This document shows positions 34,184-45,300 of a stretch of DNA of 64,000 bases, piece by piece. The notes beneath the pieces are model-generated. The model worked only from the letters and a program-made list of their open reading frames with translations. It was not told where the DNA came from and did not search any database. Position 1 is the first letter of the stretch, and the number at the start of each line of letters is the position of its first letter. The DNA lies in IMG/VR virus record IMGVR_UViG_3300044957_000763, positions 1-64,000 of that record. The stretch is one strand, 5' to 3'. Made by a program: the position numbers and the translations under genes.

Positions 34184-34519
34184 CTACCACAATTTGGCTA
34201 TCTTGCAAATATCTTCGTATTCAAAGTCTGGTTCGTAGTTCTCTTTAGATGTAAGGCTTTCGTTCACGTGACCAACTAATACGAACTTGCCTGTCTTCAA
34301 AAACAACACAGTGCCAGGTGTGATAGACTCCATGCACTGGCGCCATTTCACACGTTGTAACCGATAGGCCTCCAGCTTGGCTTGGTTTTTTGGGGTAATT
34401 TTGGATTGCGGAGAAACTCCATGAGGCAGTTCTGGTTGCTGGACAAATTCATAGTCCTGCCATTCTAGCCTCTTGAGGAAATCCCCCAGATTTTCTATAG
34501 CTTGAGATTCGTCTTTCAT
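34184..34519 (-). CDS. Hypothetical protein (111 aa)
   Basis: ORF track; overlapping start/stop with upstream gene. Confidence 0.55.
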   Translation of the reverse strand: MKDESQAIENLGDFLKRLEWQDYEFVQQPELPHGVSPQSKITPKNQAKLEAYRLQRVKWRQCMESITPGTVLFLKTGKFVLVGHVNESLTSKENYEPDFEYEDICKIAKLW

Positions 34520-36138
34520 TTTTTGTTGGTCTCATATTGGCGCTGGTTGCTCTTGGTTTTTGGTATCAAATCTGAAGATTGCACAAAGTTTTCTGACAAC
34601 AGCCTCTGAGTGCGTTCTTGAATAATGTGATACGCTTGGTATTTGTACAAGTCACATCCATCAAGGTATAGAATTTGTCTTTGAATACCATCTTGATATA
34701 TTTCTCTACTTCCTGCATATATCTTTGGGTCTACTTTATTGTAATAATCTCTGGTCTTTGCCATGCGCCAATACATTTGTTCTGTAAGAATAGCCTGCAT
34801 TTTCGAACAGTTCTTGAGGTTGAGAATGTAGTTGGCATTCTTTTCAATAAACGAACGAGACATCAATCCCATGTTGAGCCAACCAAGTTCTAGAACAGCA
34901 ATATGCTCGCTGTCAAACCCCTTCTCTAAAATACGCTCAACAAATTTAGGACCCGCTTCTGATGTGGCATGCATGACGAACCACCACCACCCAGGCACAC
35001 TGTTTTCAACTACATCAATTAACGCAGTGTGGTCATACGAATTGTGTGTAACACAGTGAACTTTTACGCGATTAATTTCAATTGTTTGCGTTCTGTCAAA
35101 TCCACCGGCCGCAATATGAATTTGTTCTGGTTTGATTCCGTTCCTAAACAAGCTGTTAGTAATTACAGGCACAGAACGATGCATGTCACTTATATGGGCT
35201 GATATACAGAACCTTAAATCTTCAATATTAGGACTCTTAGCGCATTCACCAACCATAGAGTTCAACAGACTCGACTCAAGACCGTATTGAATTTCGTTTT
35301 CGATAGTCTGGGCAACTGTGTCAGATGACTTCTGGATATGTGAAATATATTGACTCCATATATCGGTTTTATCCATGTGCTTTGTATGTTCTGGATATGC
35401 ATAATATGCAGTCCAGGCCAGGCCGCAAATTTCTGAATTAGTGATGTGTCGCAATAATGCTGCTGTGGCACTTCGGTCTGATGGTTTGAATAGTTGGTGT
35501 CGTTTTCTGTTATCGAACGCGAAACAACATTCTATAGGAATGTCTTTTTCTCCTAAACGGATTGTGTCAAATTGTTGTAACGATTCTCGACCTTGATTCA
35601 ATTCTGACAACCAGGCACGATGACACGCTTCTTGCAAATTGGGGTGTTCTTTGCGTATGTCTAGGTAATCTATGTATAGACCATCCCACATCTTAAAACA
35701 CCATGGCGGTAAGAAACCCATTGCTTGTTGCATATATGTCGTTCTTTCTGTTCCGACACATGCTGGATACGCAAACGAAAGTTGTTTTCTACTCGCTATG
35801 TGTGAAACAAGATTACATATGGCGTCTGGGTGAATATAACATAAGTTTTCAGAACACCAGACAATCATTTCAGCATTTTCAAGTTCTGGAATGTTAAAAA
35901 TAGCAGGAATGTACATTTTGCTGACATGGTCATTAAATGACACTACTTTTGCATTGCAAGATGCATCTAATAGTAACCCCCAAACTACACCAGCTAGTAT
36001 TTTGTCTGCCTTAGGCACGACAACAATCAGTTCGTCGACCAAACCATTACATGCCGCTACAAGAACGGGCAGTGATTTAGATGCAGACTCTTCGCTGGTG
36101 GCTTGGCTCACCACAGTTACGCGACTGTTGGCAATCAC
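34516..36138 (-). CDS. Two-domain glycosyltransferase-like protein (540 aa)
   Basis: N-half parallels 8585..9436 but with DxD lost (WCSENLCYI); C-half has HNSYDHTALI...WWFVMHATSEAGPKF, a GT-A-like pattern. Confidence 0.5.
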   Translation of the reverse strand: MIANSRVTVVSQATSEESASKSLPVLVAACNGLVDELIVVVPKADKILAGVVWGLLLDASCNAKVVSFNDHVSKMYIPAIFNIPELENAEMIVWCSENLCYIHPDAICNLVSHIASRKQLSFAYPACVGTERTTYMQQAMGFLPPWCFKMWDGLYIDYLDIRKEHPNLQEACHRAWLSELNQGRESLQQFDTIRLGEKDIPIECCFAFDNRKRHQLFKPSDRSATAALLRHITNSEICGLAWTAYYAYPEHTKHMDKTDIWSQYISHIQKSSDTVAQTIENEIQYGLESSLLNSMVGECAKSPNIEDLRFCISAHISDMHRSVPVITNSLFRNGIKPEQIHIAAGGFDRTQTIEINRVKVHCVTHNSYDHTALIDVVENSVPGWWWFVMHATSEAGPKFVERILEKGFDSEHIAVLELGWLNMGLMSRSFIEKNANYILNLKNCSKMQAILTEQMYWRMAKTRDYYNKVDPKIYAGSREIYQDGIQRQILYLDGCDLYKYQAYHIIQERTQRLLSENFVQSSDLIPKTKSNQRQYETNKK

Positions 36139-36141
36139 GTA

Positions 36142-37200
36142 TTACGCGCCTCCCTTCCAAACGTATCGGAAGAACCTGCTTCGACCGCCTGGTAGATAGT
36201 ACTCTGGCGTAACAACTGTACGCAGGCTTGGATATCTGGCTTTGGGCAGTGTCTTCAAGATGGAATCCCAGTCAGTCTTGTACATGTCAGCAATTGTTTT
36301 AAGATTGTCAAACCATGGGTCATCTGCGCCTGGTTCGTGTACGAGCAGTCTGGTTTCTCGGTTGGTCAATCTTAACATCAATGAGCGTATGAGCCAATAT
36401 GTTGCACCAATAACCAATGCTGCATCATACCAATACGGTGCGCCGCCAACCGATGAATATGCGGTGACACCTGGCAATGCGTTGATTTGCTGAAGTGCCA
36501 TGTACAGCGCATCGTTCATTTCGCGGCCTGAAAACATTCTGACGTAATATGTTGCAAGTACTGTGTCAGCATAATCGACAGCTATTGGGTCGTCATTGTA
36601 GTCTATGAAATAGATACGCCCCTGGTAATCGAGTTTGTATTTTAGACCGTTCGGATAGTTGTCGGTGGTGCCAAATGTGCGAAAGATACTCTCGTCTTCG
36701 CTCATAATTTCCATTGGGTCTCTTGCGCCATCATTAGACAAACTAGAAATTCTAATCATAGGTCTTGGCGAGTAATTCCAGTTTGGAAACGAAGAGAATG
36801 CTACTGTACGGTTTCGGTTAAATGGAACTTCTTCGTCTAATACGCGCACGCGAAGCAAGTCTCTGACCTGGTATGCCAGTGATGCCTTGACAAGCAATTC
36901 GTCTCCGATAATTGGCTGGCTTGTCCTTAGTGTAAATCCGCTCCCGTCAAGCTCTACAATTCGATAGTAGTATTCTGGTCTGCCTTCTTCATCAATGTAC
37001 TCATTGACCGGAAAGTCAACGGTATCGACTGTTTCAAATGGTCCATAGAAGTTAGTGGCACGTTCAATTTGATAGGTGGCGATAGATGCCGATGGTGCTG
37101 GGTATCTATCCCAGTTGAGATAAACACCAGGACTTTCTTGTGAACCGTAGTAAACAAGAGGAATGTCCTCGCTAAATGCATTCATATCATATCCAGGCAT
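36142..37200 (-). CDS. Probable neck/head-tail connector protein (352 aa)
   Basis: N-terminal FN3-like segment; C-terminal helical connector-like region (ELNDALYMAL-type, ALVIGATYWLIRSLM). Confidence 0.5.
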   Translation of the reverse strand: MPGYDMNAFSEDIPLVYYGSQESPGVYLNWDRYPAPSASIATYQIERATNFYGPFETVDTVDFPVNEYIDEEGRPEYYYRIVELDGSGFTLRTSQPIIGDELLVKASLAYQVRDLLRVRVLDEEVPFNRNRTVAFSSFPNWNYSPRPMIRISSLSNDGARDPMEIMSEDESIFRTFGTTDNYPNGLKYKLDYQGRIYFIDYNDDPIAVDYADTVLATYYVRMFSGREMNDALYMALQQINALPGVTAYSSVGGAPYWYDAALVIGATYWLIRSLMLRLTNRETRLLVHEPGADDPWFDNLKTIADMYKTDWDSILKTLPKARYPSLRTVVTPEYYLPGGRSRFFRYVWKGGA

Positions 37201-37215
37201 AACTTCTTTATACGA

Positions 37216-37242
37216 GAAAGGCCGGGGGTTTCCCGGCCTTTC
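37216..37242. terminator. GC-rich 11-bp hairpin, probable terminator
   Basis: GAAAGGCCGGG-GGTTT-CCCGGCCTTTC in the intergenic gap. Confidence 0.7.
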
Positions 37243-37272
37243 AATTGGTTTTGTTGAATTTTATGCTAGTGG

Positions 37273-38124
37273 TTAATCTCCATCAAGCATTAAGTCAATT
37301 TCTTCGGCGTCTGGCAACAAGTCAATGTTGTCGTCGCCGGCTGGAATTTCGTAGTCAAATTTATTGCTTCGAACATTTTGTCCACCAGCAACATAGTTAT
37401 CTCGCTGGAAATTACTCATGTTGACCTGTGCAGTTCCACCAGAACCAGTGCTTTCTGGAACAGTGGCAACTGTGGCTCGACCTCGACCAGTTACTCCAGA
37501 AGTTTGCCCCAGTGCCTCTGGAACAAATCCAATCTGGTCAAGTAGTCCCTGAAGAAATCTTGGGTTTTTTTCGATTTGGGCATTAAAGTCTCTGGCGTTG
37601 GGCTCTTGTCCACTAGCAACGCACATTCGTGTATAGACCTGGAATGCCATTGCATATGTTTTGGGGTCATTGGCGTCGCCTGCCAAACTCATTGGCGCTC
37701 GATTGTTTGGACTTTCGGCATTAACATTGATTGCTTCAGCAGAAACCCTTCGTCCATTGGCGTCAACACCTACCATGCGATTACCGTGCATTTTTTGTGC
37801 AAGTTCCATTTGCTCAATTTGTTGCTCTTGTTGAAGAATAGCCTCATACTGTGATTGGCTGATTCGAATTAGAGAACCACTGTTGAGCGCTTTGGCAAGG
37901 TCGTAGCTTTGTTTGACCAATTCAGATTTTTCCCAAAGAAGGTTCTTGGCTTCAAACGGACCGAACGAAAGGTCAATGTCAGAAATGTGGTGAATGCCAG
38001 GATATGGATTTTGGACATAAAATGTCTCTTGAACCTGCTCCGCTGCTTCAGCCTGAGGTGTCGTGCGAACCGCTCGCGTATTGCTGGGCGCTTTGGCCCT
38101 TGAGGTTGTGTTTTTGTTACTCAT
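37273..38124 (-). CDS. Hypothetical protein (283 aa)
   Basis: ORF track; SD AGGAG upstream. Confidence 0.65.
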   Translation of the reverse strand: MSNKNTTSRAKAPSNTRAVRTTPQAEAAEQVQETFYVQNPYPGIHHISDIDLSFGPFEAKNLLWEKSELVKQSYDLAKALNSGSLIRISQSQYEAILQQEQQIEQMELAQKMHGNRMVGVDANGRRVSAEAINVNAESPNNRAPMSLAGDANDPKTYAMAFQVYTRMCVASGQEPNARDFNAQIEKNPRFLQGLLDQIGFVPEALGQTSGVTGRGRATVATVPESTGSGGTAQVNMSNFQRDNYVAGGQNVRSNKFDYEIPAGDDNIDLLPDAEEIDLMLDGD

Positions 38125-38182
38125 TGTCTACTCCTTTTTGTTTTTGTAGGATGCGCACGTGCGCAATTTGTCTTTTAAGAAA

Positions 38183-38539
38183 TTATGCCTTGTTCACCTT
38201 TGGTTCAGCAGACAAAACATTCTTGAAAGATTCGTTTCCAGTCCAAAGTTCATTTGAAATGGCATCTCTGGTGCCTGGTTCCGAATTCTTTTTGCGCTCA
38301 TATCGCTGTTCGCGAGCATAGTGCGAGAATTCCTTTCTGTATTTGGTTGTGCCAGAAGTTTTTTCTTTTGCAGTCATGCCATGATGCATAGGCGGAGATG
38401 TCCAAACGCGCGAAGCTGAATATTGTCCACATGGACTTTTCATTTCAGCAACTAAATCTTGCCTGTCGGCTTCAACCCATTGCTCAAAGTAATGAGTCTG
38501 ACCGTCGTTGTCGACATATTCGAACTCGTAGTTCGGCAT
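38183..38539 (-). CDS. FmdB-like zinc-ribbon-fold small protein, cysteines mostly lost
   Basis: MPNYEFEY...HYFE...SPCG...SRVWTSP follows the MPxYEY-CxxC...CPxCG...RxxS template. Confidence 0.5.
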   Translation of the reverse strand: MPNYEFEYVDNDGQTHYFEQWVEADRQDLVAEMKSPCGQYSASRVWTSPPMHHGMTAKEKTSGTTKYRKEFSHYAREQRYERKKNSEPGTRDAISNELWTGNESFKNVLSAEPKVNKA

Positions 38540-38576
38540 GCTTTACTTGTACAACAAACATATCAAGGAGACATCA

Positions 38577-38789
38577 ATGCCAACAATACAATCTTACAAA
38601 ACAAACCCTTCGCATACCGAAAAGATGTTTTGCGTAAAATGCAGAACCACGGTCATCATTACAGCACCAGAACTGGTTAAGCTCAAAAACAATCGTTACG
38701 CTCTGAGGGGTACATGCCCACATGCTGGAACAGCGTGCTATAAGGTCATTTCTGAAACAAGAGCAAAGCAATTAGTTCCCGGTATTTAG
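38577..38789 (+). CDS. DUF5679-like small zinc-binding protein (70 aa; start corrected)
   Basis: AAGGAG SD; MFCVKCR...VKLKNNRYALRGTCPHAGT..YK. Confidence 0.7.
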   Translation: MPTIQSYKTNPSHTEKMFCVKCRTTVIITAPELVKLKNNRYALRGTCPHAGTACYKVISETRAKQLVPGI

Positions 38790-38825
38790 TAGGAACCAGC
38801 TACAATATCCAGTAAAGTAACCATA

Positions 38826-41153
38826 GTGAGCAATAAACCCAACATGCGTCAGAGAAGATTTGCGCAAATAACCCCAACAAATCCAGTTAGTGCTGTGCCA
38901 GCCGTCGCAGGTGCGATTCTTGGCAATAATCCGGCAGTAAGCGCAGTTGGAAATGTAATTAATGTGGCAACTGATGCATTGCAGCCTGGTGATATGGGTT
39001 TGCCAAAAACACAAGCAGGCAGTATCGCAGCCGGACAGATGAATTTGAACCTGCAATCCTTATACGCACTCGGTGCGCAATATGGAATGGGCGAAGAAGA
39101 AGTCAAAGCATTTAGCGACACGCTTCTTCACAATGGCTTTCAAATGCCAGAACAGGCCGAACTTTTTAGCAAATTGCAAGATATTGTTCCTCAGCTCGGT
39201 GGGGATTTTAGAGATGTTTTATCAATTGTAATGCGTGTTGCTATTCAATCACGCGCCTCACCGGGGTCAGATAAGGTCAATAGAATCTTACAGGTTCTTA
39301 AAGAGCTATCACACGAATATCAACAAAACCCAAACTTTAATATTGTGAAAATGTTTGCGGATGCATCTCGAGGAGACATGCAAGCATTGCCGATTCTAAG
39401 TTGGGTTGGTGCGCTTGTCGCAGGAATGAAGAGCGGAAGACATCCTAATGAATACTATGCGAAGATAAATGGTATTATTACCGAAGTGTTCACACCAGCA
39501 CACAAACGATTAACTATTGAAAACAAAAAGGCGGCTGTGGTTGAACTGTTTTTAAGAAATAGGTTCATTTTTGAAGAATCGGCGTCGAAGCTCGCATGGG
39601 AAAAGGTATATGAACCTAATTTTGAGATGTTGAGTGAAATATATAACAGTTGGGCAAAAGACCCGGAAGAAGCATTTACATTCCTTGGGTTCGACGGAAT
39701 GGCCGCTGTCCAAGCGATGAGCAGAAACATTCTAATCTTCGGCCAAAAAATTTCAGTATTCAACAATATATTTGGATTAAGTCGCTCGAGTCCAGACCTT
39801 AAACCCCAGTCTAATTCATACGTGAATCGTGAAGTTCTTGCACAAACACGACAAGAAGTCCGCAAAGAAGAAAATAAGTTTGAAGACTACAACGAGACTT
39901 CTAATAAGTCGATTAATGATTCTACGGGTGCTGGTGTTGCTGGTGCTGCGGCTGGTGGTGGCAACCAATACATCAAACCAGGAACCACGCAAGAGTTGGC
40001 TCAAAAAGATTCATTTGGAGTACCAAATAATGCTTTTCAAACTTTGGTGCAACTCAATGGTGCATTGGCAATGCAGTTCCAACGCATGAATGAACTTGAG
40101 TCTAATCTTGGTCTTATGCAGAGCCCTCCTGGCGGTTGGGTGTACAGAGTAATTGAAAGCAATATCAAGCCTCTGCAGGCCGCTATGTCTACAGAGAGCG
40201 GTATGAAAGTGGGTGGTGGAACAGACGAATTAAGTCAAATTAAAAATGTCACACTCTTAACGCCTCAGATGATTGCACAAACCGTTTCAAAATGTGGTGC
40301 GTTAATAGAGAATGCTTTTGATGAAATCAAGGAATACGGTCACATACTTTCGATTTTCGTTGACGAGTCTAATAGATTGTTGAACCCATCAAAACACCAG
40401 CGAGAAAAGGAACAGCTCAACCTGGCACTTAGACACTTTGAAGCCAATTCAAAAATGCTTCAAACAGAGTTAGAGAAATCTAAACAACAACTAGTGGACT
40501 ATGCCACTGTTCTTCCAACACTCGTTAGGGTTACTAGGCTTGAAGAACAGATTTCCATGTTTGAAAATCTTGGTGCGCAAATCAAGGCAAATACAGGAAG
40601 TGACTTAATTGGCCAATTCGGTATGACCAAATACCGAACAATGACTCAAGATGGACAATATAAAACTGTTGTTGGTCCAGCCCCAAGTCAAGCCCTGATT
40701 GTGCTATATATGCGCGTGGTCATAGAGTTTAGAAATGCCATTTCTAAAATCCAGGGTGTTTTGGGCACAGGTCAAATGGACAAATCAATCTCAAATGCCC
40801 TGATTCAAAGACGTAAACAATTAGTGTCTAAGATTGAGGGTGTAAAGGCAAAATACACACAAATTATTGCTGCAACGATGGGGAGTGTGTCCGGTGGTGC
40901 TCCTGCAAGTCTAGAAAAGCAAGTCAGGTTAACTGGGCGTGTGGTCAACGAGCGACTTGCCAACGTTGAAGAGCAAGAAGCAGACAGAATCGCAGACGAA
41001 ATCATAAGAAAGTACTTTGATGATTTGCTACCAGGATATGGCACAGTACTGGAACATCCAGACAAACATCGACATGAGACTGTAAAAGAAGTAGAGAGGC
41101 GCACTCGAAAACACAAACACAAGTCTCATCGACATGAACCAAAAGACGACTAG
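38826..41153 (+). CDS. Large alpha-helical/coiled-coil hypothetical protein (775 aa), possible internal virion protein
   Basis: ORF track; heptad-rich helices. Confidence 0.55.
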   Translation: MSNKPNMRQRRFAQITPTNPVSAVPAVAGAILGNNPAVSAVGNVINVATDALQPGDMGLPKTQAGSIAAGQMNLNLQSLYALGAQYGMGEEEVKAFSDTLLHNGFQMPEQAELFSKLQDIVPQLGGDFRDVLSIVMRVAIQSRASPGSDKVNRILQVLKELSHEYQQNPNFNIVKMFADASRGDMQALPILSWVGALVAGMKSGRHPNEYYAKINGIITEVFTPAHKRLTIENKKAAVVELFLRNRFIFEESASKLAWEKVYEPNFEMLSEIYNSWAKDPEEAFTFLGFDGMAAVQAMSRNILIFGQKISVFNNIFGLSRSSPDLKPQSNSYVNREVLAQTRQEVRKEENKFEDYNETSNKSINDSTGAGVAGAAAGGGNQYIKPGTTQELAQKDSFGVPNNAFQTLVQLNGALAMQFQRMNELESNLGLMQSPPGGWVYRVIESNIKPLQAAMSTESGMKVGGGTDELSQIKNVTLLTPQMIAQTVSKCGALIENAFDEIKEYGHILSIFVDESNRLLNPSKHQREKEQLNLALRHFEANSKMLQTELEKSKQQLVDYATVLPTLVRVTRLEEQISMFENLGAQIKANTGSDLIGQFGMTKYRTMTQDGQYKTVVGPAPSQALIVLYMRVVIEFRNAISKIQGVLGTGQMDKSISNALIQRRKQLVSKIEGVKAKYTQIIAATMGSVSGGAPASLEKQVRLTGRVVNERLANVEEQEADRIADEIIRKYFDDLLPGYGTVLEHPDKHRHETVKEVERRTRKHKHKSHRHEPKDD

Positions 41154-42315
41154 ATTCAACCAAGACGCATTTGTTGCACATGACGAACTCCCAGGTGGTG
41201 TCAGTTCGGCGCTATCAAACGACATCACCAGCCACGGAGTTCGTACTGATGCGCTTCAGATTACGTCGTATACCGCAGGTGATACATCTGGAAAGCCTGA
41301 TGCCGGATTGCCGGAAGTAGTCGAGGCCGGCACACCAAAAAGGATTTCAAGAAAATACATCCCGCTTCAGTCTAGTGGTGTAAAGAGTCAAGACGCTGTT
41401 TTTCCACAAAACAGTGACGAATTAGAGTTCAATTGGCGGCCCGCAGGGTTTCAGAATGATGATTTTGTATCGGTCAAAGATATTAAGCACGTCGGGTCAG
41501 TCCCAGTTGAGAAAGGCGGGCCGAGCAAAGACGTCATGGGTTTGCTTAAGCAACTAGGGCACTCTGACGCGGTGGTGAACGAAAGTTCAGTATCAAATAT
41601 CACAAATCAAGCAATTCAAGAAAAGGCTATCATAGTCAATCTATCGCCAACCAACTTAACGAATGTTGAGTTCAATCAATATATCTCAACCATTGCTAAT
41701 GACAGTAACACAAACAACTACAATCATTATAGTATTCAATCTGATGCAGTTGTTAATCCAGGTTCAATATTTACAAATAGCACAAATAAGAGTGGCGAGT
41801 CACCGTCTTACACTGCCGCTGGCAGTGCAGAGGGTTCAATAGGTGGCGAGTCTGTAAGTATATTAAGCAAAGCACTAGAATCACCAATTACATCGCAAAA
41901 TAAGCCACATAGTCAAAACAATAAAAATACAAACTATACTCGTAATAAACACGAAGTTCATAGCAATACAACACATGATACTTCCATAAATTCTGATTCT
42001 AAAGTATACGAACAAATCAGAGCAGTTCTTGGTGAAGGAAAACAAGATTGGAAAAGGGTCATTAAAGCAGCAAAATCTGCAACAAATCCAGTATCAACAA
42101 ATGCTACTGCTACGAGCAATAGCACGGTTGCGACTCAAGAAAATCAAATCGAACAAATGATTCAACAAGTATTGAATCAAGAAGCGAACAGTCGCGTAGA
42201 ACTCGAGCATGTTTTAACACACAAATTCTCAACCGAACTTATTAGCATGCAACAATCTATGAACAAGAAGATTCAAGACTTGCGTGAAGCATTTAGCAAT
42301 TTCATGATGAGATAA
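41134..42315 (+). CDS. Hypothetical protein (393 aa), Ser/Asn/Thr-rich, C-terminal coiled coil
   Basis: ORF track. Confidence 0.55.
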   Translation: MNQKTTRFNQDAFVAHDELPGGVSSALSNDITSHGVRTDALQITSYTAGDTSGKPDAGLPEVVEAGTPKRISRKYIPLQSSGVKSQDAVFPQNSDELEFNWRPAGFQNDDFVSVKDIKHVGSVPVEKGGPSKDVMGLLKQLGHSDAVVNESSVSNITNQAIQEKAIIVNLSPTNLTNVEFNQYISTIANDSNTNNYNHYSIQSDAVVNPGSIFTNSTNKSGESPSYTAAGSAEGSIGGESVSILSKALESPITSQNKPHSQNNKNTNYTRNKHEVHSNTTHDTSINSDSKVYEQIRAVLGEGKQDWKRVIKAAKSATNPVSTNATATSNSTVATQENQIEQMIQQVLNQEANSRVELEHVLTHKFSTELISMQQSMNKKIQDLREAFSNFMMR

Positions 42316-42316
42316 T

Positions 42317-45300
42317 ATGCCATACGACCCGTATCAGAATCCAGACAACAAGCCATATGTTGGCAACTTTAATTGGGTCCCTACTCCAAGAGAGGGGCTT
42401 GGCGGTTCTGTGCCTGGACTATCATACAGAAACTTGGTGTTAGAGCGCGGAGAATTCAGGAATGATGCTCCAGTTATAGGCAATAGTGGCAACGCTGTTA
42501 TAGAGGAGCCAGGAGGAAAGGTAGAGAGTGCAGAAGGTTCCGAAATGTATCCAATTACAAGAGCATATAGGTATGTTGAAGACCCTTATGGATACACTGG
42601 CACCATTCCAACTGAACCATTTATTGCACACGGAGAGGAACTTTCGTGGGCAGTGCAATTGCCAAACAATTTTGACAAAGTTTCTGGAATGACCATTCAA
42701 TATCGCCTAACTGTGGATATTCTAGATGAATCCATTGACCCTTATTTAGATGAAGCTGACCTCGAATTAGTACAGGCATATAGAGAAGACCCAGAGAATA
42801 ACCCTTATCCAGATATTGAATTCCCGAAATACCCATGGGGTATGGTACGAGCTTCATTGGATATTGATGGAGATGGAGATGAGTTTCCAAAACCAGTCAA
42901 CAACGTTCCATCAGAACTTATGCTCACTGGCTTCCAGGGTAAGTCCCAGCCAATTAGAGTCTTACATATTAAGTTCGTAGGGGACGGTAATGAAAACATG
43001 CCCGAGTCATATTCGGTGCAAAAACGCATTCGTATCTCAAACAGATACTCAATACCAACATTAAGGATTGAAATTCACAAAATCCAACTATTCAATGCAG
43101 AACGAGTTAACATATCTTATGAACAAACTCCCACAGCACTATTGCAGTATGCATATTTGGTCGACTTTGAATTTGACCCTATTCGTGGTACTGCGCTGTG
43201 GCCGAACAGTTCCTCTGAGCCGAATTTTCATTGCAAGATATTTGCACCTGATGAAAATGTTGCAGAAACAGGATTGGCACATTCTGTATACTTAAAGTTT
43301 TTGATTTTTGCCATTCCTGCATTCGGAATCGCGCCTGGTGATTTTTCTTTGATTGGGCTCCTTGAGGACATGGCGAACCCGAAGGCGTTCTTTTGTATGT
43401 TTGTTGGGCCAAGACCAGGACGACGAAACGCGTTTTATTCTTTAATGGCAAGGACAAATTTTACACCTGGTGGAAGGGTGGTGCCACTGGATTTATTTCC
43501 GGTGCGCGATGACTGCGTAGAAATTGTAATTGAAAAATACACAGGAAGCGTAAGTGTAAGTCCCCCAACAACAAGTTCTCAATATTCAACCGTGTACACA
43601 TATGTGTTGGATACCAACAACACATATTCGGATGAAGGTCCGATGATTTCACCATATTTGTACTTGGACAAAACTGAAAACGATAATGTAGCAAAATCAA
43701 CAGACTGGTTTAGAGTAAGACAGCATTTGCTTAGTGATATTGAGTTTATTAGTGCTCCGTTTAGAAGTCAGGCGTGGTCTGAAAAAACGTCGTTTAAGGC
43801 ATTAACCGAGCCAGCTATTACCAATAGCGAACCTAGAGAATATGCAACCAGAAGAGTTGAAATGCTTGGCAATTTGCCAAATGGGCCATTTAGTGCACCG
43901 CCAATTGCAACATTTGTAGTTGACGACGAAAAAGTGTTCACAAACCCAATACAGATTGCACCTGGTGCGTGGAGGTTTAAGATAAGAGCACAGGCACTAG
44001 ATGAGCAAGTCACAGCAGATATACACCTTATGGCCAGGTGGTGGTTAGTTCCGTCAAATATACCAAGCACTGCGACCCCTGAAGAAATTGCAGCATACAG
44101 AGACACTACAGAAATATATTTTGATTCAGTAACAAGCACTGATGGCAGTGAAAAAAGCACGCTTAAAATTGGCAAACCAACCAATTTGAGACACGTTATG
44201 ATTACACCAGCTCTCGACAGCACCATTCGTGAGTATGAAGTAGTTAGATACATTGAACAAGTAGAAGGTGGGGGGACTAGGCTGGAAATTCCAAGTGGTG
44301 ACTGGAAGCTGGCGGTTGGGCTCTATGTTTTGTCAGAACCAACTGGTGACGGTTCAACAACCACACCATCACTAACAGCAAAAACATGCCCTAGAGTTCA
44401 AGTAGAGTTTGACCCGACATATGGATATGCCGAAGGTACATGTTTGATGTCACAGTCATATGCGCTATTTCCAATCAGGTGGTTAAGATACAACTCAAGC
44501 AGATATCAACCATATGGAGGTGTGACAGACCCATATTCTCCATTAAGCATTAGAGAAACTCGATTCTATGGTTCTGATACGAATGATGATGAGTTCATCG
44601 TATATGATGACACTGTGCGGTCATACGACCCAAACTCAAGCACTACAGCGTACTATAATCTTTACACATTGCGCGGCGGAGAAGAAGACGATGATATTGG
44701 CTTTTGTATACCATATACCGTAATACCAAACACACAAACTGCCGAAGGTCAGGTTAAAGCGGATTTTTGCGCCAATGCAGAAAACATTGCTGGTGGTCGG
44801 GTATCAAATGTTCGTGCTACTGGTGCAAACACAGAAGCCGGCACGTGGAAGATTGAATGGAGTGTTGACGAAGACATTGATAATGAGTCAATAAAACTCG
44901 ACATGCGTGTCGAGGGATTCGTGGTTGATGTTAGCGGAAAAATCACAGAACGCATATTCCGTTCACCACTTGTGCCTTTTGTTTCAGGGCAATCAAACTA
45001 TGAATACGAAACCGAAATAACAGTTCCGTTTGTGCTAACATCATCGGCGGACTCAAGATTGGTATTGCGCTTTTATGCATATCCGTATTCCGCAAATGGC
45101 TCTCCGGTAAAAATAGATGAAATTCAGGCATTAATGGGTGATACACCTGTTGGCATGCGTATTACACGTGCCGCGATTATGAAGCATACTCTGGAAACAT
45201 TACAAATCAATCAGACTCCAAATTTTATCGGAAGCCCGGCATTTTATGAGAACCTAGACTTAGTTCCACCCAGAAGCATTGGTGGCAATCAGTTTTGGTA

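Noticed and set aside
38826-41153. Tape measure protein call
   Set aside because: It is helical but shows no recognisable TMP repeats or TP901-type core and is not adjacent to the tube/chaperone genes; left as hypothetical.
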